From positions 1-55,239 of the forward strand of contig JAHBMJ010000152.1 in assembly GCA_018398765.1 (NCBI GenBank): a stretch of 55,239 bases of DNA, given 5' to 3'. This DNA is from Chromera velia. Its lineage: Eukaryota. Below are positions 11,321 to 25,105 of this stretch, in pieces (positions within the stretch are counted from its first letter, which is position 1; each line of letters starts with the position of its first letter). Made by a program: the position numbers and the translations under genes. Under the pieces are notes generated by a model. It had not been told where the DNA came from. It did not search any database and saw only the letters and a list, made by a program, of their open reading frames with translations.

Positions 11321-14300
11321 CAAGGCGCGCCCGGCTGGTTTTAATATAGGGCCCCGGGCCCCCGCGGCCCCCCGCCGCATATCACAATCCATGCTTGCCA
11401 GGGCCCTTCTATTATTAATAATAAATTCGTCGAAAAGTTAATTAATAGAGGAACAACATGCATACAACTACCAAGTGACTCAGTACGACGTCTTGTATGA
11501 ACTTGGAGTGGATGGCATTAATTGGATGCGTGGGAATGTGAGAGTGAGGTTTTGCTCAGTGTCGACATGCAGAGACGGCACAGGGGAGCATTCAATGCGG
11601 CAACCTGTCATTCAGGCCGTGCTTCCAAACGTCAGCCGAGGTCCTTTTGTCCTCAACAAGCTTGATGACTTGGATAGGCAATTTGCCTCTCAAATATCAG
11701 AAAATCGATATGTGTTGGACAGCATCTTCCTCATCTACAGTCCGTTGTTTGCCTCACCTTTCTAAGCAACACTGTGCGTTTTTCGTCTGCCATTTCGAAA
11801 AGCTTCAGGAATGCCCTCTCTATTCTGATTGTGCTGTTTTCTGCTTGAATCATACACAAAGCAGCCTGCTAGTCAGACAGACAGACAGCTATCCTCCCGT
11901 ACAGCGTTGCACTGACTCACATGCAGATATGTATATCCTTTGCAAGCTCACCGCATACGAAGCAAGCAAGTGACCACACCTGACTGCATGCAATAAGCAC
12001 GAGCTGCCATATGCCTATTAGACCTGGTGCAAAATAATGGTTGCCACCAGACATGTACCTGAATTATTTCAGCACACACATCAAGGAGATTGTTGCATGC
12101 ATGCATCAGCAGGGGCTGCATGGGGAAACGGGGCAGACAATCAGTGGGTTGACAGCGAGTGAATGCTTTTGCAGCCGTCCATCTTCCCATTTAGCCATGG
12201 CGCCTTTTTTCCCCACCTGCGTTCCTTCTTGTCCCCTCAGTACTTTTCACTGCATGTCCACTCTCTGCTCTGTCTGCCTCCTCGCATCGTTTTGAACGTC
12301 CGACCCTCCCCTCCCTCCCTCCCTGTCTCTGTGCCATTCCTCAATCATTCTGCATGCCCACTCGACCCAACAAAAACACGAAAAGCGCGCAGTGCTTCGC
12401 ATTCTTCATGCAAGCGGTCAGTAAAAAAAAAAACTGATGAAATTCGCAGGTCTCCTGTCGCTTTTTTTTTACACCTCTCTTCGCCTTCCTTTCCTTTTCT
12501 CTTCCCCGCTTTTCATCTCTCTTTTCTTCTCCACTCTCTCTTCTTGTCTTCTCTTCTTCTTCTTCGTCTTCAACTCTTTGTTTTGCTTTTGTTTCATCAC
12601 GTTTGCGCGTGTGGGTGAGAGATCTCCTCTGCGACATCCGTCAGATCTCCCCTCTGCTCTTCCTCGGGGGTGTTCCTCTTTCGTCCTATCTGTTTGCAGG
12701 GAAATAGATAGATCTATCGGTACCATGCAGAAAAATGGTGTCATTATGCTGAGTTGGGATGAAGACAAAACGAGAGAAAAATGTGCTTGCCTGCCTGCAG
12801 GGATTTGCATTTGTTGAAGGTGGTCTGCTTTCCTCAAAAAATATTGTGGTGGGTGGGTGCGTCTTTGATATTCTTTTCTGGGTGGATGGGTGGGTGGGTA
12901 TCGGTGGGGGTGGGGGGACTTGTCGCACTCTCTTGCAGGAAGGGACTGCAGTGCGTGTTTCCTGTCTTCCCTGTTCTTCTTGTGCTTGCGAAGCGAGTCG
13001 CATTTGCGTGCGATGACTTGTATGATCATCTGATGTTCTTTCTATGAGGCAGGAAGGAATCATCTGCCGGCGATGAGGAGAGACAGTTGTAGTGTTCTTC
13101 TCCTCTGATGTCCCTTCCCTTCTGTGTGTACGTGCAGAACATTCTGGTGAAAAATTTTGTCGACGTGGCGGTTGGCGGAATCTGGTCAGTCAGTCAGTCA
13201 GTCAGTCAGTCAGTAGATCACTGCATGGCTCTTGGAAATGTCTCTAAATTCATTTGTTGGATCACGTGCTGAGCCTGGCAAGTTTCTGCAGACTATTCCG
13301 TTTCGTGTGCTGTGTGTATATGTGTGCACATACCGCGAAGGTCCATCGAAGTGTTTCAGGCAGTTGTGTGCACTAAGTTGTTAGTCTGTTTGCTGAAAAA
13401 ACATTGCATTCTCAAACACCCTTGCCAATTAAGCAAAAGAAAATCAACGCTGTTTTTTATTAATTCTTTCTCAGAGAAGTTTCTCTCACGAATACTTTGA
13501 CACGTATGATTCGTGTTTCTAATACGTTGCACTTTTGCTATTCATTAAATTTGATTGAAAAACCAAACACATACAAAGTCACATGATTCATAATGTGAAG
13601 AATACATAAAGACCTGCAAACACCAACACTGTGGCAACACTTGAATACCAGTGAGGTTTGTTTTACTTATATATTAAGTACTAGTACATAATTGATTAGT
13701 TAGTTATGGAACTTGTGGTTAATTTAATAGAGGTTGCCTAACCTCAGCTGGAATGCTAAACGTAGCGCTACCTAGCGCTAAGATCCTGGGCGGCTAGCTG
13801 GGCGGTTAATTTATAGAAACGCTGTTCTAGGAAAATGAAACTGCAATGTTACTGCACTGAGCGTTCCTGCTATAAGCACTAGAAGCCTAAACATATGTTA
13901 ATGGCGATAGCGTATAATGATGCCAGTGATGCTAGTAATGATGATGAATGTTATCATCATCATCATCATACGTCATCACCGTTGGTCCATTTCTGAACTT
14001 CCAGCGTTTAACTTAAACACGAGTCAGTCAGGGCACTAGAATTAGCCAGTCCTAGCTCCTCATAGGAGAAAACACATGTAAAAACCTAGAAACGCAAGAA
14101 CGAATCAATCTATCCTTCCTGGCAATACAAGTGATTGACTCTCAACCAAAAATGTGGTTCACTCTGACCACTTATCTATACATACTCCCGGCTTCCAGTC
14201 TGAGCTGTTGTGTCAGCTTAGGAGGCATCAGCTAGGTCGGAGCCGTACAACCTACCCCTCCTTACCGATATCTTTCTCTCCCTCTGCTTTGTTTCTCTTT

Positions 14301-15420
14301 CCCCTTTCTGACTGGTTGTGCGTATACCGAGCTGTCAATAGTGTGCATTGCCATAACAAGGCGTTAAAGCTTGCTTAAAAAGGCCTGCGTGTCTTGTGCA
14401 ATCCCCGTCCTGCCCCAGGCAGAAACCTCTTCAAGTCACGCCCCCAGATTTTTGCCGTCTCCTCCAATTTTTTTCATTCACAATTAATTAATGCTTTGTT
14501 TCCTCAAAACTGGCTGTGGCCGTGAACGCAGCTTGTCTGGTCGGCACTGAAAGAAGACGGAAACTCGGAAGGCTGGCATCCACCCCCAGGTGTAGGAAAG
14601 CAGTCATGGCGGACTGTCACGCACATGGCACCGCTGCTTCGAGTTTGCACAGTGTTGCCAACTCAGCTTGCAGGCGTCTTTTCAGTCATATCAGGTCCGA
14701 CTCCGTCTTTCGTGGTTGTCTTGCTTCTGCTGCTGACTCCTGGTTGACATGTCCTTTTTGGTGCCGCTGCTTATGCTGAAGTGAGGGGACTCCTTATGAC
14801 TTCGGAGGATTCCAATGCGCCAACCACCGTGGCAGCTATTGGCGGCAGCTTGCTGCAAGTCATTCTTAGTCTCTTTTTCTCTGTCCTTAATGTGAGTGCA
14901 AGGCTTGAAAAGAGAAAAACAAGTAGCTCACAAGTTCCTAACAACTGTAGTAACAAGCCAGAAAATGGCAACTATCCATAGAGACTGCCCAACACCACTG
15001 AGATGATGAATGTAGTAGAAAAATAATCTATTTTAAACTTATGTATTATGACTAAAATCATATTATTTACTAAAAAAATATTTAGTTCTATATTTTTAGT
15101 TCTATGCATTTTTATCATATCAAGTTTTATGTAATAATCTCTTTTAATGAATTTAATGTAACATTTCTAATAATTTGAAACTTGTAATAAATTTTAATAC
15201 TATCAGTTGCTAGATTTGTCATAAATTCTTATGACACGCTTTTTTAGATAATCTCTGTTGAACTTCTATCTGCAGAGCTATATATGAAACCCAGTGTAAA
15301 ACATATAACATTTATATTTTTATGATCTTTTATATAGGGCTAGTTATAAGGTTTCGTCTAATGCATGTTACGAGCTTTAATAAAGCTAAATAAGTTAATA
15401 GCGATGCCAGTGAGATGTGG
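11321..15420. mobile_element. probable degenerate DNA-transposon remnants, family not assignable
   Basis: Gene-free interval with AT-rich blocks (13500-14150, 15000-15400) and stop-interrupted coding-like fragments on the minus strand. No paired TIRs or TSD found. Confidence 0.3.
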
Positions 15421-16519
15421 TGGCATACAAATGGATGGTGCTGATGGTGCTCCCGATTGGGGAGTCGGTCTCCTATTCATCCACATGCATCTATAGACAT
15501 GCATCGACTGACATTCAGCGGACGCACACGTACGCACATGTATGCTACATACAGCTAGTCACTGCAGGTGGAGGCTCCTTCCTTTCTTCCCTCCCTCCCT
15601 CCCTCCCTCTGGCCTCCATATCCTGCTTGACCATCTCAGGAACGATGGAATCATGTCAGTCTTGACATGCAGTGGATCGATTGATTGATTCACTATTGGA
15701 ACATGCAGATGAGCGTTCCACCATGGGTTGATTCTCTGTTGTGTGCCGTCATGCATGTAGCCACCACCATGCAATACAGACCAAAAGGGCTAGATCGAAT
15801 CGATACAGGCGGCACACGGGTGGGTACACATTGGAGGAACAAACGCAAGCAAACCACAGGCAGGTAGGCAGGCAGGCCGGCATTCGGACGCACGCACAAC
15901 TCCCTAGGGGAGCAGAAACATATCCTGCCCTCCGATCGAACACACACACCGTCGCAGGCAAGCAAGGAAGTCTTCAAACGGCTGCATGGATTTTCATCAG
16001 GGTCACGCACCATATTGTAATACCAGGAAAGATCATGCTGCATGGGACTCCCATGGATTGGATTGGATTGGATTGGCACTTACTTCCCTCCCCTCCCCTC
16101 CCCTATTCTCTCAGATCGATGCACACTCACACACACTCACACTCACACACACACGCAACCATGCAGGCAGGGCACACGCGTCTCTGAAGACTGAAGCGGC
16201 CGAGAGGGAGGGAGGAGAGTCCATTTTGACTCCGACCAAATCTGCTCCTGCTGGCTGGCACCCACTTCGATCCGTCTACTTCCTCTTGCTCTTCCGTGTC
16301 TACAACCAACCATGTAGCCCCCCCCTGTACTCACCGAGCTCATTTAAGCTCGGACCTGACTCCCTCTGTCTCTTTGTTCTTTTTTCCTTTTCCTCAACGA
16401 AAGAACCCCTCCCTCCCTTCATGTCATTCCCCAACCCTCCCCTGCTTTGTTGATCTTTGTTCGTTCGTTGTCTCACATTCATTCATTCATGCACTTTGTT
16501 TGTTTGTTTGTTTGTTCCT

Positions 16520-17302
16520 CTATTGTGCGACAGATCCCGTCAGAGCAGAGTCGATCTCGCTCCTCCCGCTTCCCTTCTGCCGCCTCTCCAGGACCACCAG
16601 ACTGCAAGAAGAAAGAAAAAAGAAAAAAAGAAACACGCACCAGGAGGGGACGGAGAAGGAGCACAGAGAGAATCTCATGAGGCATCTCTCTCGATTTGGA
16701 TGGACAGTTTTTGAAGGGTAGGGAGGGAAGGGCGGGACATTGATGTGCTCTTTCTCCGTTACTGTTCTGATCGCTTCATACAGCGAAAACTCTTATCCTG
16801 ATCACAAGTAAAAACTCTCATCAGGGACGCCCGCAGAAAAAAAAGTGGGCTGGCCAGTGATCTGAACATCCTTTTCCCTTCTTCGCCTTCTTCTGCTTTT
16901 CTCTCTTAACTCCGTTCTGTCTTTCTTCTCTTTCGCCCCTTCTGTCTCCTCTTTCTCTTTCTTTGCCACTGAGACCACCCTCCATGCCTGGTGCATGACT
17001 AGTGAGGTGAATCACGACGTCTCGATCTTGCACCAGACAGAAGGCAAATGAGGGTGTTACTACGGAAAGAAGAGGGGGGGTCGGAATGAACACAGGAGGC
17101 CTACACGAACATTGGAAGCTGCAGGAGCGGCAGCGATTGTCTACAGAGGATCTGATAGGGAGGAGACAGCAAAGGCGTACGGACCTACCTGAGAACTTTG
17201 AGAACGTAGTGAATCTCATTGCGCTTCTCCTCGCTCTGAAATCCGAAGACAATTGTGTTTTCTGCATGCACGTGTACACTCTCGCAAGTCCACAAGCACA
17301 CA

Positions 17303-17378
<76 letters not shown>

Positions 17379-18628
17379 AAAGAGAGAGGGAGAGAGAGAG
17401 AGAGAGAGACAGAAGAGAGAGAGAGAGAGAGACAGAAAAGAGAGAGGGAGAGAGAGGGAGAGAGAGGGAGAGAGAGAGAGAGAGAGAGAGCCCATTGACC
17501 GCTCATCACTCAAACAGGACTGAAGAAAAAAGAATAAGTGAAGCGATTGATCGTCAGTCACACAAATAGTTGCTCGAAGAGACGGAAGAGGGAAAGGAAG
17601 GAAAGGAGGGACTGGTCCCCGCTTCCCCTCTCAATCCAGGAAGGAGAGAAGAAAACCGAAAGTGCCGTCTGCTTTGACAACAGAAGCAGGCACGTTGGTG
17701 AAATTTGAAAGCACCAAGCACACACACACACACACACACGGCCGGATTGATTGAATGAATGAATGAATGTCTGCACGGCGGTCTGACGGACTGACTGTTT
17801 GTGTCTGTCACAGCACAGCAGTAGTCTGTAACAGCGTTTGCGTCGAAGTCCGGGAGTACCTCGAGGATTCTGTCCGTTCCCTTTCTGAAGTCTTTTTGGT
17901 CGATCGTCCCCAGTCCCATCGTGTCCTGAAGGAAGGAAGGAAGGAAGGAAGGAAGGAAAGAGAGAAGAGAAAAAAAAAGAAAATTCAAAAGAAATGATGG
18001 GGCGNNNNNNNNNNNNNNNNNNNNNNNNNNNNNNNNNNNNNNNNNNNNNNNNNNNNNNNNNNNNNNNNNNNNNNNNNNNNNNNNNNNNNNNNNNNNNNNN
18101 NNNNNNNNNNNNNNNNNNNNNNNNNNNNNNNNNNNNNNNNNNNNNNNNNNNNNNNNNNNNNNNNNNNNNNNNNNNNNNNNNNNNNNNNNNNNNNNNNNNN
18201 NNNNNNNNNNNNNNNNNNNNNNNNNNNNNNNNNNNNNNNNNNNNNNNNNNNNNNNNNNNNNNNNNNNNNNNNNNNNNNNNNNNNNNNNNNNNNNNNNNNN
18301 NNNNNNNNNNNNNNNNNNNNNNNNNNNNNNNNGGGGGGGGGGGGGGGGGGGCAAGTTCAGCTTCTGGCGAAAGAAACGGAGCACCACTCGCGATCCAAAT
18401 CGACCTACCAACCAGCAATTTTTCTCTTCCCCCCCCCACAGCCCTACTGAGTGCGTGTGGAGTCAAAGCGGGAGAGAGAGTGGAAGAACAAAGAAGGAAG
18501 CACAGATGGAACTTGGACCCAGAAACCTCACCTTCACCTTCACACACACACACACACACGCACACACACACGCACACACACACGCACACTCACATACACA
18601 CACACACACACCTTCACACACACACCTT

Positions 18629-18659
<31 letters not shown>

Positions 18660-18663
18660 ACAC

Positions 18664-18694
<31 letters not shown>

Positions 18695-20951
18695 TACAGA
18701 GAGCACGATTTAAATTTACCTGTGCAGGGACGGCCTCCGGTTTGTCTGTCGTGTCCTCCACGATCGAGATGCTCTGTACGGCAGGCAGGAAGGCAGGCAG
18801 GGAGGCGGGAAGGCAGACAGGTGGGGCGGAGCGAGAGCGGAGATTCATTCGGGAGGGGCGGAACAGAGTTCAGAAACAAATCAGTCTCTGACGAGGAGGG
18901 AGCGGAATCATGATTCTAATAAGTTCAGCCACAGAGAGAGAGAAAAAAAAAGAGACACCGGGGATCCCCCGAGCGAGTGCAGACAGCTGCCTCCTGCGTG
19001 GCCTGCCTACATACACCAGACAGTGAGTACCCTGGTTTTCACGCATGCAAAGAACGACAAACTTTTTCTTCTCTTTTTTCTTTTGTTCCTGTACACAACA
19101 GACAGACAGACAGGCAGGCAGGCAGGAAGGCAGGCAGGCAGACATGCACAGAGTGCGTGCGACAGGCAGACCTGCTTATCCTTAGACAGGAGAAGCTTTG
19201 CGGGTTTGGAGAACTTTCCGGTCGCGTCGATCCACTTGACGGGCACTCCCTTGTCGGCCTCCTGCAAGCAGGTGGAAGGAAGGATGGGATCCAGCGTTGG
19301 GTCCAGAAGGATCTAGAGAAGCATGTGACACGCACACGAGGGGGCAGGGCCACATGCAGGAGGGAGGGGCGGACAAAGAGGTGCGGGGTGAACGAAAAGA
19401 GGGACACAGAGCTAGACACATACCTAGATGCAGACAGGGAAAAAAAGACAAAACAAAGAGAAGTGACAGCGACTCGCTCACTCCAGCGCCAACCAACCCA
19501 CTGCCTCCTGACACCGACCGTGCAAAATTGTCGTACGAGGCTCTTCAAGGTGTCCTTCTTTTTCTCCTGCAGGCGTGCACACACAGACCAACGGACAGAT
19601 GCACGAACAAAGAAGGCAGTCAACTTCCTTCCTTCCTTCCTTCCTTCCCTTTCTCTTTCTTTCTTTCCCTCGTGCCCGCCTTTTCAATCCTTGCCTGCCT
19701 GCCTGAATGCCGTTGGGGCTTCCTTCCGCCTGAAGGAAATGGATTCATTCATTCATTCATCATTCATTCATTCATTCATTCATTCATTCATTCATTCGGA
19801 CCTTCGTTCCCGGAGAATCGTTGGAGACGTCCGACATGTTGGCAAGCATCGTCCTGTTACCCGGCCCTGCATGATGCATGCATGCATGCGGACATAGATA
19901 CTTGCATACTCACAGGGGCACATGCACAGAGACAGCTGGGGAAAGCAAATGAAAGAAAGATCACACCTGAGGCCTCTCAAAGACATTTGTGATCTTCCTT
20001 CGCTTCCTTTCGTCGTTGCTGCCCTGGATAAAACCCCTCTCCCTCCCTCTAATGCCCTTTTGCCAACCGAACCAGGATCGGTCGGAGCAAGCAGAGAGAG
20101 AAACAAAACCACACAAGGTGAAAAGAGAGACACTCAAGCGTTTACTTGACACACACAAGGAGGGGGGGGGAAGGACCCTTTCCCTCCTCACCAAAAAAAA
20201 AAAAACCTTCCTTCCCGGCCCCCCCCCGTCACCCAGCCCCCCCTCCCCAAGCTTGCAATTAAGCACGGACCAACCTCCAACGACAGATTCTTCCACACCC
20301 GAAGCAAGCTCATCCTTCTGCTGCAGGAAGAACGCAAATAAGCAGAGAGGCAGCCAGGCAAGCAGAAAGTCAGAAGCGAGCGAGGGGGAATGATCTCTAT
20401 CCCCTTCCTTGAAGAGCATGGCAGAAGGACCGGACACGCATTAAAATTGAACTAGGGAAAGAGAGACTGAAGGCTTGGCCTGACCCCTCGCCCGCCATCA
20501 AAAGAAGACAACACTCATGCGTTCGGCAGGGCGAATCGGGAACAGAGCATCAGCATGGAACGCACGCGCGAGAGGCGAGGAAACGGGCCAGGAAGGAGGA
20601 CGAATGCAGTGCGAGGGAGAGAGAGAAGGGCAGAAGAGAAAAGGGCTGGCAGGAGCTGACGGTGGCAACGAAGAATGAGAAGAAAGGTGGACGCAAAGCA
20701 AATGGGGACACTGGTGGGTGTAAGAGGACACGCACTGGGTGACAGGAGACCCAGATAGGGGTACGAAAGGACAGAAGGCAGGCAGGCAGCAAGGCCAGTA
20801 TGTATGTCACGAGGGGAGGAGACGGACTCGATCGGTTGTGTTGAGTTCAAGAGATGAGAAGACCACACAAGACAGGACACGATGATTGCCGACGCATGAC
20901 GAACAGCGAGGGAAGGCCAGGAAGGCCAGCCGGAGGGGATGGAGATCGAGG

Positions 20952-20993
<42 letters not shown>

Positions 20994-21471
20994 GAGGTAT
21001 ACTGAGAAGGCAGACTGAATGAAGAAATGCGGGCAGCAGCAAGCCGAGGGGAGAGGAGGGATTGAGGAAAGGCCTCTCATTTCTCTCTCTTCCAGTCGAA
21101 AGCGAGAGGAGGAAAACTTTGCCCAACATGGTCTTCCCGAACGTGTGCTAAGGTGCTTTCAAACCTCTGTCTGTTATCAACCTGTCAACCTTCCTTGATG
21201 TGTTGCTTCAACCGTCTTTGCCCGTGTTCGGATACACAGATGGAAATTCAAATACAGGGGATTCGTTGTATATGAAAGCACAAGGGAGTGGAAAATTCGT
21301 CCTCGGTTGCCCATGTGTCTTGTGAGTTTCCACTTGCCGATCTAGCTCTTCGAAGATGCAACTCACCGTTGTCGCGACCACAGGTTCGGGTGTCGAGTCC
21401 TCAGCGTGGGGAGCGACGACGAACTCTTCTGCTCTCTCGGCAGGGCCCCCACAGCAGTCAAAGCACCCCAT
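16520..21471 (-). CDS. N-terminally acylated PH-fold protein, similar to alveolate IMC sub-compartment protein (ISP)-like families
   Basis: Exon 1 (21471-21367) reads MGCFDCCGG (myristoyl Gly2 plus Cys). Further exons at about 20320-20269, 19853-19802, 19566-19519 (EKKKDTLKSLVRQFCT), 19261-19172 (EADKGVPVKWIDATGK...LLLSKDKQ), 18773-18720, 17925-17796, 17261-17188 (NTIVFGFQSEEKRNEIHYVLKVL, PH-like terminal helix) and 16601-16520 ending TAG. The family call is from remembered similarity. Confidence 0.7.
18005..18331. other. assembly gap (intronic)
   Basis: Run of N. The flanking exons join in frame without it. Confidence 1.
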
Positions 21472-22378
21472 GGCTACTTTGGAGTGGGTGGTGGAAGGTG
21501 AAGAACTGTTGCTCGAGAAGATAGGTCAGGCAATCTGTGCAACACGCAAAGAGGACTCAAGCACGGAAACGAAAGCAGAAACAGCCGAAAATCCCACAGT
21601 CTTCTCTCTAAGTTGATATCGATATGAACTCACTCCGACCTCCTGCAGTTCAGAAAAGGGATAAGTGACAATTTTTTCATTCCAACATATGCGCTGTATA
21701 ATTGGCCTTCTTGCTCGAGTACAGCCGATCATGAAGCCGAATGATGCCGAATATGTTCCCGTCCGCGTGATTTTGGCACGCAAAACCATTGAGTTTGGCG
21801 CGTGCCTCCGACGGCGCGGCCGGGCGGCTTCCTCGCAACCTTCGATCCGCGGCCGTCTCCGCCGTCTCGGACCCTTTCCGTTGGTCTCCATATCACTCCC
21901 TCCATCCTACGTACAAAACTTCAATGCGCAGGTCGAAAAAGAAATTTGTTCACGTCGCTGCAGCGCTGGAGTCTGACTCAGTGACAGCGACACTTACAAT
22001 GTCCAGCGACTCTGGCATCGAGGTCTCATGCATGAGGTAGCATGCAGGTGCACACTGAAACTGTCACCGTGTGTAGTTTGATCTTCTTGTCAACTGTTCA
22101 AGGTATCTCAAGATTTTAATTTACACTTCCATTATGACACTGCGTCCCCTCCTTGCTACACCTTTCATATGCAGATTTATGCTTGAGAGTTCCATGGAAA
22201 CCGTAGGAGATCCTACTGCTGACGTCAGGACACGCAATGCGCCTACCTGCATGAGCAAATTTGGGGGGACACAAGGCGCACATTGTATCTGACTCGAACC
22301 GTGCAAGCCTGATCCCAGATACGTGCCCTGCCAGGCACTCAGGACTGCATACACAAACATAATCGTGCAAGCAAGAGA

Positions 22379-24673
22379 ATGAACGAGCCCCTGATCCCGG
22401 CCCCGGACTTGGAGAGGAATGAGGCACGCGGCCACTTGCGCTGTTCCCGTGGTGGCGAGACAGGCACGGAACAGGACCTGCGAAGTCCCCCCGACGGAGC
22501 CCCTCTCCCTCCTGCGACCGTTTCGATCTCGAATCAGAGTTCCAAATCACAAAAGGAAAAGGGCGGCGGAGTTTGGGGACAAGTGAAGGAAATGGCTTCG
22601 GTTTCGTTCACGAAATTTCAGCAGCGCCTCGGTTGGTCTGACAGAGGCCTCTGTTGTCCTGCTTCTGCCGTTTTTTTTTTGTTGCTTTTTCCCCGTCTGC
22701 CTCCCCGTCTACATGCTCATTTGTGTTGTGTCGATCTGTTCGCTCTTTGGTTCTAAGGTCGATTCGTCTTTCTCCTCTGACTGATTGGCGGATCTTCTCC
22801 TTCGACCCTGGTTTGGATTGACTCCTTTTCTTTTTTTTTTTTTTTCTGCTTTTCCTCCTTTCTTGGCACTTGAATCTGTAAGAAAGCTTCCGGCCGGCCT
22901 GCCTGCCTGCCTGCAGAGCCCTGAATGGTCCTTCCGTTTTCTTTCTCAGGTAGCAAATTTGCTTTCTTCCTGCGCGTGCTGCCTGAGTCGACTAACTGCA
23001 GGGCTCCAGATGGCGCTGTGCTTTTTTGTGGGCTCCTGCTGCATCTCTCTGGACACTGTCAGGAGCTTTCTCGGAGGGCGTAACAGCAACTGGGTGCTGA
23101 TCTCGGCAGGTCGGTCAGGAGTGACAGCAGCTGCGCAGCACTTGGGAGAGAAGGAAGGAGACATGAAGAGACATATACAGGGAGACAGGTCGTCAGAGAA
23201 TTAAGGTGAACAATAGACTGACATAGAATTTGATTATACACGAAGAAATACTTTGGGGAATGCTGAGGGAGGAATCCAGGGTTCTCTTCTCTCTCGTCAG
23301 GCCAAACAAGAAAAAGGGGGGGCAATGGGGGGTCGATCGATCGATCATACTGCTGCAGACAGACGTGACGTGGATGAGGGAAGGGAATTGTGCGTAGAGA
23401 AGAAATTACTGCATGGTGACTTACTTGTACCCCCCGTCCTTCTTTGTGTGCATCGACATGCCTGCCTGTACGTGTGTGCTGTGGATGCGTCGCTCATGTT
23501 ACGCATGCATGCGGAGAGGGGGCACGAAGGTTCTTTCAGTTGGTCTGTCTGTCTGTCCACTGAATTCCCACTATCCTCCCTCCCTCCGAGAGGGCGGCTG
23601 CATGGTGGGTGGGTTTGGAGTCTCTTCAACAGGCATTGTTCGTGCATGGCCGGCCGAAAGCTGTGTGTCAGACTGATCGAATGCCCGCGTGGATGGATGG
23701 ATGGATGCATGCATGCAGCTGTGTGTCTGGAGGGGTCAATGGGGGCCTCTCGGAAAAAGGGCCTTCTGAGAATTTTGGGGACGATGATTGCGGGTCTCTC
23801 AGGGATCCTCGTCATTCTCGTCTCCCACTTCACCGCCCATCGCCTGGTTCCTCTGATGCTCTCTTTCTCTGCCTCCTCTTCTGCTGCTGCTTCGGCTTCC
23901 TCTGCCTCTGCTTCCGGTCAAGCGACTGATGACGCAGGAGAGTTGAGTCTGAGTGGGAGGGAGGAGGAGATGCAGGAGCGCGTGCGTGAGGGTGTGTTTG
24001 TTTTTTTGATGACTCTTTTGGGTTTCTTCTTCATGATGCAAAAGGAGAGGTTCAAGGACAACAACTACGCATTCACAATTGCCATGAGCACTCTGCCAAT
24101 CGTTGCGGCTGCGGGCTTCGACGAACCAGACGCGCAATTCGAACAGGCAGTAGACACCGGGTCCGTCCTTTCCTCCGTCGGTGGGTGGGTGCATGGGCGG
24201 GTGGGGGGGCACGCAGATGAGACCTATAAGAGGAGCACCAGGCATGCAGACAAGCAGGCAAACATGCAGACTGTGTGAAGACATATGCATGCATGGATTC
24301 ACCCTCAAAAGGACGGCCATCTGCGTGCCACTCGAATTTCTCCCCTTCGCCCTGCAATCGCTGTAGGTCGACAGAATGATATGCACAAAGAGGAAAGATG
24401 CAGAAGCGGAGAGAAGAGAAGTAATTCTCTAACCACAGTCTGAGCAACATTCATTTTCACCGCTTTCCCCCCCCTTTCGTTTCGTTTCGTTTCAAAGGTT
24501 TCGTTGAGGTCCATTGCCGCTCTCTCTCCGTGTTCGTCCTCTCTTCCCGTCGGTGCGTAGACGCCTGCCTGCCTGCCTGCCTGCACGATTCTTTTCGGTT
24601 TCGGTGGATAGACATATTGTTCTAGCAGAGGTCATTCAATGCCTAAAGTGTTTGCGTGTGGAAGCCAACGGAG

Positions 24674-24725
<52 letters not shown>

Positions 24726-25064
24726 AGTACAGATCTGTGCGTCTCTGCAACGTCCTTCTCGGTGTTGTTTTGGTGATTGTGGTCTCGACCTTCGCCCTGC
24801 CCGTGCGAGCAACCGACAAACTTCTAGACAAACTAGAGGCAACAGGCAAACAGATGGGGAGGATCGTCGAGGACGTCTTCGGGAGTCTGGTGGACTCTCC
24901 GGACGAGGACGGGGGCCTGAAGGGAAGGTCCGTCCGTCAGTCCTTCCCTCTTGATGTATGCATTCATGCACGCATGCATGTCCGGCCTTTTCTCTTCAAT
25001 CACCAAAGGGGCTGTCGTGGGCAAATGCGTGTGTGCATGTTCATATGCATATGTGTGTCTGTGT

Positions 25065-25105
<41 letters not shown>

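Noticed and set aside
21800..21875. SRP RNA-like GC-rich stem
   Set aside because: No convincing helix 8 motif or Alu domain was found. Kept only as a generic hairpin.
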